Positions 18,628 to 28,200 of a stretch of DNA of 64,000 nt are shown here, piece after piece. Numbering within the stretch: position 1 is the stretch's first letter; each line of letters opens with the position of its first letter. The stretch is from an uncultured Bacilli bacterium (GTDB taxonomy: Bacteria > Bacillota_I > Bacilli_A > RFN20 > CAG-826): contig CAKPNG010000004.1 of NCBI GenBank assembly GCA_934168325.1, forward strand, positions 873 through 64,872, given 5' to 3'. Both the position numbers and the translations under genes were made by a program. The notes beneath the pieces were generated by a model that was not told the DNA's origin, made no database searches, and saw nothing but the letters and a program-made list of their open reading frames with translations.

Positions 18628-20638
18628 CCGATCCTTTCAAAGATGGGTTAAAGGCATCTCTAAGCCCATTACCAAATAAATTAAACGAAATCATTAATAA
18701 AGCAATAATAATAGCAGGGACAACTAATAAATGAGGATAAGATTGAAGGAATTTTTGGTTATCAGATAAAATAACACCAAGAGATTGTAATCCTTTAAGT
18801 CCAAGTCCTAAATAAGATATTGTAGCTTCACTAAAAATAACACTAGGAATCATTAATACACTGCTTGTGATAATAGTACCCATTGCATTAGGTAAAATAT
18901 GTCTAAAGATAAGTCGAATATTACTAGCACCTAATGTTCTACTAGCCAATACGTATTCTCTACCTCTAAAACGATAGAATTGAGTTCTAGTAACAGCACT
19001 AGTTCCAATCCAACCAGTTAAACATAATGCTAAACAGAATATCCAGAATGATTGACCAAATTTTAAGATCATTAAGGTCATCATAACAATCCAAGGTATA
19101 CCACTTAATATATCAGTAAATCTTTCCATAAGTAAATCTGGTAAACCACCAAAATATCCAGCAATAGATCCCCAAACTAAACCGAAGATAAAACAAATTG
19201 CACTAGATATTAAACCAAGTAATAAAGATGTTCTTAAACCTATAAAAACAATTTTAAGTAAATCTTGTCCTACTTGATTAGTGCCAAATAAGAATCTAGG
19301 CATATTGTCATAACCTAATAATTTATAATTATAAATACTACATTCAAATTTATAATAAACATTACCAGTTTCATCACTTGATAATTTAACACTATTTACA
19401 TAGACAATTGGAGTATCATCATATCCCATTTCATATAAATTAACATTTATATAATTACTACGATTAGTAATAAAATCTTTTGGTAATTTGCCTTTATCAA
19501 TATAAGCTTGAATACTACTTTGATCAATTGTCATTTGTTTTATACCATAAACTGCATCATAAGCATCATAAGTAAAATCAACATAATAACAAGTAGCACC
19601 TTTAAGTTCACGAGCACCATTACCAAAACTATAAATATTCCAATAACTTAATTTATCACTACTATCGATATATAATTTCTTACAAGCATCAGTAATAGAT
19701 ATATTTTCATCAGTAGTATTATTTACTTCATAAAAGAAATTCTTAATTGGAATAAATGTATTAGTTTTACTACTAGCTTTTAAATTAAATGAAATATAAG
19801 CATTTTCATATTTTGTAATTGAAGGATCTTTTTCAAGTAAAATAGAATTTAAATTAATAATTTTACCATTAGCTTTATCATCAAAATCTTTTAAAACGAT
19901 TTGATTTTCATTTAAATCTCCTTCTTTTTGAGTTGCACTAGGATATTCAAATGTAATTGAATATTCACCTAATTCATAACCTTCATAAGTATCATCACTA
20001 AGCATATAATTAACTAAATAATTATTAGCACTCAAATCAAGTGATATTGAAGGAGAAAAATATTTAACTAAATGATTATTAATATATTCTTCAGTATCAT
20101 TACTTAATTTATCACTAGAAATAATAATACTTCCACCATTACCATAAGGAGAAGAAACATTAGTTACACCTTCTTTAGGTAAAGATAATTTAACAATACT
20201 ACTTTTTTCAAAACTTATTGTATATCCTTGAACTTTACTTTCACCAGGATACATATAACCATTACTATCTTTTGTAGATGGATCAGCTATTTTATCTTTA
20301 TATTCAACAGTTCCATCCCAAAAACCAGTTCCAGCATCAAATAATTTAGGTGGTAAGAATTGTTCGACTGGATGTTGTTCTTCTGTATCATAATTAATAG
20401 CTACAGGTAAAACAAAACTTAAAACAAGTAAAACACCTAAAATAATAGCACCAGTAACACTAGATTTATTTTTACAAAATCTTTTTAAAGCATCTTTAAA
20501 GAATGTAGTAGGTTTATTTTTAAATTTAGTATCATGAATTGATTTATCAATTTGAACTAATTTAAAATCATCATTATTTAATTTAACAGAATGAGAAACA
20601 TTACCACTATCAATATATTGAAATTCTTTTTCTTCCAT
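18620..20638 (-). CDS. oppC: Oligopeptide ABC permease OppC with a ~360-aa extracytoplasmic domain after TM1
   Basis: FGTNQVGQDLL motif and the BPD-transporter EAA-like loop (YVLASRTLGAS). At 672 aa it is far longer than the usual ~300 aa. Confidence 0.8.
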   Translation of the reverse strand: MEEKEFQYIDSGNVSHSVKLNNDDFKLVQIDKSIHDTKFKNKPTTFFKDALKRFCKNKSSVTGAIILGVLLVLSFVLPVAINYDTEEQHPVEQFLPPKLFDAGTGFWDGTVEYKDKIADPSTKDSNGYMYPGESKVQGYTISFEKSSIVKLSLPKEGVTNVSSPYGNGGSIIISSDKLSNDTEEYINNHLVKYFSPSISLDLSANNYLVNYMLSDDTYEGYELGEYSITFEYPSATQKEGDLNENQIVLKDFDDKANGKIINLNSILLEKDPSITKYENAYISFNLKASSKTNTFIPIKNFFYEVNNTTDENISITDACKKLYIDSSDKLSYWNIYSFGNGARELKGATCYYVDFTYDAYDAVYGIKQMTIDQSSIQAYIDKGKLPKDFITNRSNYINVNLYEMGYDDTPIVYVNSVKLSSDETGNVYYKFECSIYNYKLLGYDNMPRFLFGTNQVGQDLLKIVFIGLRTSLLLGLISSAICFIFGLVWGSIAGYFGGLPDLLMERFTDILSGIPWIVMMTLMILKFGQSFWIFCLALCLTGWIGTSAVTRTQFYRFRGREYVLASRTLGASNIRLIFRHILPNAMGTIITSSVLMIPSVIFSEATISYLGLGLKGLQSLGVILSDNQKFLQSYPHLLVVPAIIIALLMISFNLFGNGLRDAFNPSLKGSDE

Positions 20639-20640
20639 AA

Positions 20641-21675
20641 TTAATTCTTAGCCCCCATTCTAATACGTGGATCAATAAAGCCATAAGATAAGTCTACTAA
20701 TACGCCAGCAAGTAAACTAATAAGAGTAAATACAGCCATATCAACCATTAAGACGTTATAATCTTTTAAATTAATAGCATCAATAAATAAACTTCCAATT
20801 CCAGGGATAGCATAAAGTTGTTCAAGAATCATACTACCACCTAAAACACTAATAAATGATGAAATAATTGATGGTAAAATAGGAACCATCGCATTTCTTA
20901 AAGCATGTCTAATAATTGATTGAGTTTTAGTTAAACCTTTAGTTCTAGCAAGTAAAAGATAATCACTACTCATAACTTCACAAAGCTCAGCTCTAGTAAA
21001 ACGGGTATAACCAGCAATAGAACCAAAACAAAGTGATAAAACAGGTATAACATAACCTGCTACTTTTGTACTTGTTGAAGCTGTTTCACTTGGCCATTGC
21101 ATAGGTAGCCAATTATTAGAGAAACAAAGCCAAAGCATTAATAAAGAAATAACAACAAAACTAGGAACACTAATAAAAACCATAACAATAGTTGATATAA
21201 AGTGATCAGTTAATTTATTCTTTTTTAAAGCAGCAATAATACCAAATAAAATTCCTAAAGGAACACTAATAAATACAGATATAATATTAATTCTTAAAGA
21301 ATATGTTAATCTACCAGCAATAATGCTCATTGCATCGACATTAGGATCAATATCAGTTGATGTACCCCAATCCCATTTTGTAAAAACGTTCCTTAACCAG
21401 TTTCCATATTGGCTCATAACAGGTGTTGAATAATAATAATATGTACCAAAACCATAGTCATATTGCCATAAAAGTTCACCATAAGCTGGATTAGGTTCAC
21501 TGAAAGCTTTAACATAACCTAAAGCAACTTGTTTTTGATAAAAACCAAAAACAACACTAGGAAGTCCTGCTGGCTTAGAAATAGGAAGCATTTTCATAAA
21601 TATAAAAGTTAAACTAAGAATAATAAAAGCAGTAACAACAGCTAATAATATTCTTTTAATAACATACTTTGTCAT
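20641..21675 (-). CDS. oppB: Oligopeptide ABC permease OppB
   Basis: N-terminal YVIKRILLAV..., the EAA loop DYLLLARTKGL and the C-terminal IDPRIR are typical of the DppB/OppB family. Confidence 0.85.
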   Translation of the reverse strand: MTKYVIKRILLAVVTAFIILSLTFIFMKMLPISKPAGLPSVVFGFYQKQVALGYVKAFSEPNPAYGELLWQYDYGFGTYYYYSTPVMSQYGNWLRNVFTKWDWGTSTDIDPNVDAMSIIAGRLTYSLRINIISVFISVPLGILFGIIAALKKNKLTDHFISTIVMVFISVPSFVVISLLMLWLCFSNNWLPMQWPSETASTSTKVAGYVIPVLSLCFGSIAGYTRFTRAELCEVMSSDYLLLARTKGLTKTQSIIRHALRNAMVPILPSIISSFISVLGGSMILEQLYAIPGIGSLFIDAINLKDYNVLMVDMAVFTLISLLAGVLVDLSYGFIDPRIRMGAKN

Positions 21676-21730
21676 CCTTTTCCTCCTAAATATACTTTTA
21701 ATATTATATCAATAATATTAAATATGAAAA

Positions 21731-21775
21731 AGAAGAAATTAGCACAAGTCCAATAAACTTGTGCTAATCTTCTTC
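21731..21775 (-). terminator. Strong stem-loop (partial terminator/attenuator) between oppA and oppB
   Basis: About 18 bp paired: AGCACAAGT/ACTTGTGCT is perfect and the flanking GAAGAAATT/AATCTTCTTC has one bulge. A T-run follows on the minus strand. Confidence 0.6.
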
Positions 21776-21796
21776 AATTAATTAAATAATAACTAA

Positions 21797-24664
21797 CTAG
21801 CCTTGATATGGGTTACGTTTTGTGTGTTTAAGTTCAATATAACTTGATGAAGTTAATGTATCACTACCACTAACAAATTGCATATCGTAGTTAATTTGGA
21901 ATGTAACTTTTGTACCAGTAATAATCTTATCACTATTATCAGCATTAGTTGCATCATATTTAATCTTAAATGTAATAGTACCTGCATCACTATCTTGACC
22001 AGTAATAACAGCATCATTAACTAAATATGTAGCATAAGCAGTCTCAGTTTGACTCTTATTATATTGGACGAAGACATAAATTCCATCATCACCATTAATA
22101 GCAACTTTTACATCTTTAGAACCACTAAGAATACTAGCTTTTGTCCAAGAAATAACTACATCATAAGATTTATCTGCTTCATTAAATTCCATCTTACTAA
22201 CTTTTAAAGTAAATGGAGCAACAATTTGACCTTTAGAATCAATTGAAGTACCACTATTAGCAGCTGTAAATAAGCTATCAAATGACCAAGTTTTACCTTG
22301 ATAAACTAATGTACCATCATTAGTATCAGTTGGAACACCCCAGTTAAGAGTAAATCCACTACTATCATCACTCTTTAAAACTTCTAAGAAGTTTAATGGG
22401 TTTAAAGCATTACCAGAAATAGAACCAAATCCTAAATCGAAGTTACCAACTTGTAAATGTTTACTATAAACATCTTCATAGTTACTAGTACCATCATGAT
22501 TTACGACATCTAATTTAAATTTACCACCACTAACAGCGTTATCATTAAATGCATCTTCAATATATTTTTCAATCTTAGCACCATAGTTTTTAGTATCATC
22601 AGTATTCATCCAATAAATATCGATTGTTTCGTGATTTTTATTTGGATTAGCTAAGTCATAACTACCAGCAGCAACACATTCTTGAAGAGCTTTCTTAAAG
22701 TGATTTATTGCAGCATCTTTATCATAGCCATAAGTTTCAGGGAATCTAGTAGCTAAGTTAGCTTTATGATAGACTGTATCGTTATAAGATAAACCAGCTT
22801 CTGGATCATATAAATAAGCATCACCGAAATAATCTTGTGAAGGAATTGTACCTAAACTTTCAGCATATTCTTTTCTATTAATACATTCATTTAAGCCTCT
22901 TAAGAAATTCTTATTAGACATAAGAGCTTTAACGGTATATTTAACACTATTTGCTTTCTTTTTAAATACTTTTTCATAGTGAGCATCCCATTGAGCTTGA
23001 GTTGCACTATTAACATTAAGTTTAAATGTAGAATCACCTAAAGTTTCGTGTTTTCTAGGATCACTAGCATATTTTTCAAGTTGACCTTGAGGAATTGAAG
23101 AAGCATCAATGACACCTTGTTCAAATAAATTTAAGACAGCTTGTTCATCTGCTCCTGCTTTAATGAAGCAGTGGATTCCAGGAATCTTATATCTAGATTT
23201 AACTGATTCATCATTTTCAGCATAGATGTTATCAATATATTTATCATTCTTTTTAAAGACGATTTCATTTTGATCACTATTCCAGCTTTCAATCATATAA
23301 GGCCCTAAGCAAAGAATATTATCAACAACGTTTCTATTATGTTTACTATCATTAGATCCATAATATGTCATACCATTAATTTCAGTAACGAAATCTTCTG
23401 GGAATGGCATTGTAAGATTACTAGCTAAACTATATTTAGCATAGAAAGTTGTAGTTGATTTAGCTAATGTAAACACTAAAGTATCTTTTGTTCCTTCTTT
23501 AACTTTAATACCAACATTTAATTTATTCCATAATTCATCATCAACACCGCCATCACTTAAGTTATAGTAAGCATTAGCACCAGCTAAAGTACCATCACTA
23601 GTAATAGAAGTCATTTCAGCACCACGGGATAAATTATTTTTCTTAGTTAATAATTGTTTATAAGCATTGATATAATCTTCAACTTTTACTGGTCTACCAT
23701 CATATCCTTTACCAGTTGATGCATCGTATTTTCCTAATTTAGTAGATGTTGTTCTATAAACTAATCCACTATTTTCATATGTTTTAACTTTAACTTCAAA
23801 TTGAGTAGCAAAACCACTAGCATTAGCATTAGTTGGAACAGGATTTTCACTAATTGCTAAACTTGGATACCATTCATAACCAGTTTTGGTTTTATTCATT
23901 TTAGTTGACCATAAACCAGTTGAAATATAACCATATAAATCACCAGTAACACTACCTTGAGAATTTAAGTAATTGATATTACTTGGTTTAGTTGAAAGTA
24001 ATGAGTGATAATATGACTTCCATTCAGCATTTTGTGAAGCATTAGCAAGTTCAGCAGGTTCAGTAATTTCACCATCTGTTAAATTACCATAACCATAGCC
24101 TGGAATATATTTATCAGCACCAGTTTTAACACGTGGATTATATAAAACATATCCACCATTTTGGAACAAAGTAATGCCCATTAAGGAATTATCTAAAGCC
24201 CAACTTTCAAGTTTTCCAATAATTTCAGCTTTTTCTTCATAAGTTTTAGCTTGGAAATTATATCCACCACTAGCTTGAGTTGCACTATCTTCTACTTTAA
24301 TAGTGATTTTTTTACTTACTTGACCATAAGTAGCAACACAAGTGATAGTAGCTTCTCCTACTCCTTTAGCAGTAATTTGACCGTTAACTGGGTTAACAGT
24401 AACGATATTAGGAGCACTTGAAACATATTCAAATTCCTTAGTAGCATTAGATGGACTAATATCCATTGGAACTACAGAATTAACTTCTCCTTTATACATT
24501 AAATTATTACTAACACCAGCTTCTAAAGTAAAATCTTTAACATCTACTTTTTGTGGAGCAGGTGTTGGTGGTGTTGGTGGTGTATTAGTATTATTACAAC
24601 TTGTAGCACCGAAAGTGACTAAACAAAGTGTTGCAAAGCCTAATACAAACTTACCTTTTCTCAT
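21797..24664 (-). CDS. oppA: Oligopeptide-binding lipoprotein OppA (SBP family 5) with an N-terminal BIG2 domain and a C-terminal beta-rich extension
   Basis: Lipobox GATSC, a PPTPPTPAP linker and a BIG2-like segment (ISPSNATKEF...ATITCVA). The long central region has SBP_bac_5-like character, and the gene heads the oppBCDF genes. Confidence 0.7.
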   Translation of the reverse strand: MRKGKFVLGFATLCLVTFGATSCNNTNTPPTPPTPAPQKVDVKDFTLEAGVSNNLMYKGEVNSVVPMDISPSNATKEFEYVSSAPNIVTVNPVNGQITAKGVGEATITCVATYGQVSKKITIKVEDSATQASGGYNFQAKTYEEKAEIIGKLESWALDNSLMGITLFQNGGYVLYNPRVKTGADKYIPGYGYGNLTDGEITEPAELANASQNAEWKSYYHSLLSTKPSNINYLNSQGSVTGDLYGYISTGLWSTKMNKTKTGYEWYPSLAISENPVPTNANASGFATQFEVKVKTYENSGLVYRTTSTKLGKYDASTGKGYDGRPVKVEDYINAYKQLLTKKNNLSRGAEMTSITSDGTLAGANAYYNLSDGGVDDELWNKLNVGIKVKEGTKDTLVFTLAKSTTTFYAKYSLASNLTMPFPEDFVTEINGMTYYGSNDSKHNRNVVDNILCLGPYMIESWNSDQNEIVFKKNDKYIDNIYAENDESVKSRYKIPGIHCFIKAGADEQAVLNLFEQGVIDASSIPQGQLEKYASDPRKHETLGDSTFKLNVNSATQAQWDAHYEKVFKKKANSVKYTVKALMSNKNFLRGLNECINRKEYAESLGTIPSQDYFGDAYLYDPEAGLSYNDTVYHKANLATRFPETYGYDKDAAINHFKKALQECVAAGSYDLANPNKNHETIDIYWMNTDDTKNYGAKIEKYIEDAFNDNAVSGGKFKLDVVNHDGTSNYEDVYSKHLQVGNFDLGFGSISGNALNPLNFLEVLKSDDSSGFTLNWGVPTDTNDGTLVYQGKTWSFDSLFTAANSGTSIDSKGQIVAPFTLKVSKMEFNEADKSYDVVISWTKASILSGSKDVKVAINGDDGIYVFVQYNKSQTETAYATYLVNDAVITGQDSDAGTITFKIKYDATNADNSDKIITGTKVTFQINYDMQFVSGSDTLTSSSYIELKHTKRNPYQG

Positions 24665-24726
24665 AATTCTTACCTCCTTTAATATAAAATAAACAAAAAT
24701 ATTACATTCTATTTATGCTTTGTAAA

Positions 24727-24747
24727 TATATAACTTTTTAAGTTATA
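24727..24747. promoter_or_regulatory. Perfect palindrome in the oppA leader
   Basis: ATATAACTT-TTT-AAGTTATAT lies about 60 nt upstream of the oppA ATG. Confidence 0.35.
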
Positions 24748-24802
24748 TTTTTAATAATGAAATATCTATTAATGAAAAATTAATAAATATTCAATAGTAT
24801 TG

Positions 24803-24811
24803 ATTATACCA
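24803..24811 (-). promoter_or_regulatory. Extended -10 promoter element for oppA
   Basis: The minus strand reads TGGTATAAT (TGn + TATAAT), about 140 nt upstream of the oppA start. Confidence 0.4.
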
Positions 24812-24819
24812 CACTTTTT

Positions 24820-25206
24820 TTATTTACAAAAATATAAAATTAACGCAATTAATAAAAAAATTAAAGAAATAAATATATATCCAAGTGGTGAAAGTTTATT
24901 TTCTTTAAGATTTTTCTCTTTTTTTTCTTTATATTCATAAAGATCTTTATATTTTTTCTCTTTCTTAATATTTAATGAATAAGGAATTACACTAAATCCA
25001 TAACTAATAGAATCAAAAAATCCTTCATTATTAACATAAGATAATAAACCAATAATAAATACAAAAAATCCAGCTAAAAATAATCCATCACTAGCGATAG
25101 CTAAATTCATATTAAATCTTATTAGATAATAAATTAAAAAGAATATAATTCCGATAATTAATCCAATAAGAGCATTAAATAAAATAACCTTTAATTTCTT
25201 CTTCAT
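24820..25206 (-). CDS. Small membrane protein (3 predicted TM helices), unknown function
   Basis: The hydrophobic helices flank NEGFFDSISYGF. The track start (TTG at 25239) lies inside the upstream terminator hairpin, so I prefer ATG at 25206. Confidence 0.5.
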   Translation of the reverse strand: MKKKLKVILFNALIGLIIGIIFFLIYYLIRFNMNLAIASDGLFLAGFFVFIIGLLSYVNNEGFFDSISYGFSVIPYSLNIKKEKKYKDLYEYKEKKEKNLKENKLSPLGYIFISLIFLLIALILYFCK

Positions 25207-25228
25207 TTTTTTAATTTTTAATAACAAT

Positions 25229-25250
25229 AAGGAGCTCAAACGAGCTCCTT
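25229..25250 (-). terminator. Terminator hairpin after the S8 protease gene
   Basis: AAGGAGCTC-(4 nt)-GAGCTCCTT forms a perfect 9-bp GC-containing stem. Confidence 0.55.
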
Positions 25251-25273
25251 AATTATAACTTAATTTAAACTAA

Positions 25274-28200
25274 TTATTTAGTTTTTTTCTTTTTTCTAAT
25301 AGCTAATGTTGTAGCTAATCCACCAAGAGCTAAACTAGATAAGACAATTGAACTAGTAATGACGCTTCCACCACATCCTTTTTTACCGGATGAATAACTA
25401 CTACTTGCTTGACCAACAATCTTAAATTGAGCATCTCTTAATCTAAATGTAATATATTGACCATCACTACTTAAAGTGTAATTAGTGATTTCTGGAGTAA
25501 GTCCACTAGCTAAAATTCTATAAACTTTAAATCCAGCTTTGAAGTCTTTTACACTAACTGTAATAGTTTTACTTGATTTAGATAAGCTAATTGTATTACC
25601 TTCAGCATCTAATAAAGCTTCACTATAAGTTCTAGTTAATGTAGATCCTTCGACTTTATCAGTAATTTCTTCAGTTAATGAATAACCAGGAGTTAAGCTA
25701 GAATCATTAAATAATACGCCACCTTTAGAAAGATTATTGACATTAAATAAATATTTATTACTACCATAAGCAGCATCAACTGCTTCTAAATAAACCTTCC
25801 CATCTGGACTATTTTCTTTAACTTCACTTAATTTAACTTCAGCATAGTAACTTCCATTACTTACTTTAGTAAATTTACCATCTCCAATAAATCCACCATT
25901 GAAGCTAGCACTATATAAGTAATCTTCTTTGAAGTAAACTCTTAAATATTCAGTACCTTTTACTTTAGTAATTTCGACTTTAGTAATTTCTGGAGATTCA
26001 CTATCAATAATAACTTTAACTTCTTTAGTAAATGTTTTTGCTTCACCAAATTTACCAGTTGCACTTGCTTGATAAGTAAATGTCATTCTTAAGGTATATT
26101 CGCCACTATCAAGCATTTCACTACCACCAGCAACTTTTGTTAATGGAATAAATGCATGAGCTCTATGAGCAATAAGATTACCAAGCCAGCTAGCTCCAGC
26201 AAATGATTTTGCTAAACCATCAGTAGAAGCTCCAAGTAAAGGATCATAGAATCTTGGGTGATTTCTATTACCACTAGCATCTTCTCCTAAAACATCAAGA
26301 GCATAATTTTTACCATCAGGTCCAATTAATTCAATATTTGAATTATTAATTGCTCTATTAACATAAAGTTGAATGAATAATCCACTTGTAGCACCACTAG
26401 CACCAACATAAAGTTTATTACCATCTACTTTATTAATAGGAGTTGTAATTTTCTTAATATTACTATTATTAAGCCACATTTGTTGCATATTAGTTAAGAA
26501 TGCAGATTCTTTGAATATATCTTGAATATTAATTGCACCAATATATGAACCATAATCTGCTTCAACTAAAGATAATCTTTTAGCTAAAGTATTTAAGATA
26601 TCACTACCATAGACTTTGCCTTCTTCTTTTTCAAAATCAAATGGTTCGACTGGTTCTTGAGCAAAATAATCACCATAGAATCCCATATAAGGAATATTTA
26701 AATCAGTTAATTCAGTTTTAGATGTATCAACTGGTGATAAATAAACATATCCTTCTAAATAAGTTCCATTAGGGAATTTTTCTTCAATTGCAGCTTTTTC
26801 TTCAGTAGTTAAGCTAGTAGAAACATTAATTACTGTTTCTCCATTTCCTTTAATAACTACTTCACCTAAATCAACTTTCTTGATTAATTTATCTTCAATT
26901 GATTGGAATTCTTTTCCCATATATTCTGGGAATTCTGGATCATTACCAGGTTGAACTTCTTCAGTGTAAGTAACAGTATCTGGTTTTAAAACAAAGATTG
27001 AAGCTTTATATTTAACGTCACTAGTAAGTTCACTATGAGCTTTAAATGAGAATTTAATATTACCTTGAGCAATATCTTCATTATTATAAAGTTCAACTTT
27101 AGCTTTCTTTTCAGTAGTTCCTTCTAAATAAATCTTAGATTTAAGAGCTTCACCGACATCAACCATACCAGATCCACTTCTTCTAGGAGAATATAATGAA
27201 TTAATACCTTCATCACTATCTTTGCTTAAATCAACATAACCTGTTTTACTACTAGTAACTTTAGCAGTAGACATAGTTCTCATTGGAATAGTATCTTTAT
27301 AAGCTTTAGTTTCTTCTTTAGTTCCAGTATTATTTTCACTAATTAATAAAGCAACAGCACCACTATAGTTAGGAGCACTCATACTAGTACCACTTAAATA
27401 TTTATAAGCTGTTTTATCTTTAATAAATTCATAAGTTGTATAATCAGTTTTATCCCCTGGAACTGGTCCTCTAATAGCACTACCTGGAGCAGTAATATCA
27501 GGTTTAATTCTTAAATCATAAGTTGCACCATCAGTAGAGAATTCACTCATTTTACCAACATTAGCATTAGCTCTATCGGTATTAGCAGCAATAGAAAGCA
27601 CTTTATTAGATGCATTCTTTAAATTATTACGATCTTTTTGTAAAACCATTGCAACAGGAACTGTAATAGATTCAACAAATTTAGAGAAGTCCATTCTCAT
27701 ATTGAAATCTGTAGCACCTGGGTCATTATTAACAATAATTACACCAGCTGCTCCATAAGTAATAGCATTAATAATTTTGGTAGTAAAAGCAACACCACCA
27801 CCTCTATCAACAACACAAATCTTATTAGCTAAAGGTCTAGCATCACTTCCTTCAGGGAAAGTTTTTTCAAAATCAGCAGTTTCACCAAATCCATCAATAT
27901 AAACATATTCAATTTCAGTACCGATTTCATCAACTAATTTTGAGAAAGGTAAATCTTCATTTAAAGAATCATTTCTTTCTTTAGTAGCTTGATCATCATA
28001 ACTTACAGCATTACTTCCAACAATAAATGCTTTATCATAGTGTTGAATTTCAAGGTTACCACTACCAATAGTCATAACATCTTCGCTATTTGCATAACTT
28101 CCTAAAGTACCATTATCAACAAAATCTTTTAAATAATTAGCATAAGGACCCATTGAATTATATAATTGACGTCCGTTATTTCCAGCACTAACACTACAAA

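Noticed and set aside
20931-20960. Additional loose matches to the dispersed motif, for example 20931-20960, 32741-32765, 44207-44233, 46163-46185, 1584-1605 and 17739-17760.
   Set aside because: These share only a T-run / GCA / T-run pattern. That pattern arises naturally as the antisense of K-x-A-K-type coding, or from conserved protein motifs (ARTKGL in OppB, PAKFEAG in SufS, SFAMLDE in SufC). They are not distinguishable from chance or coding constraint.
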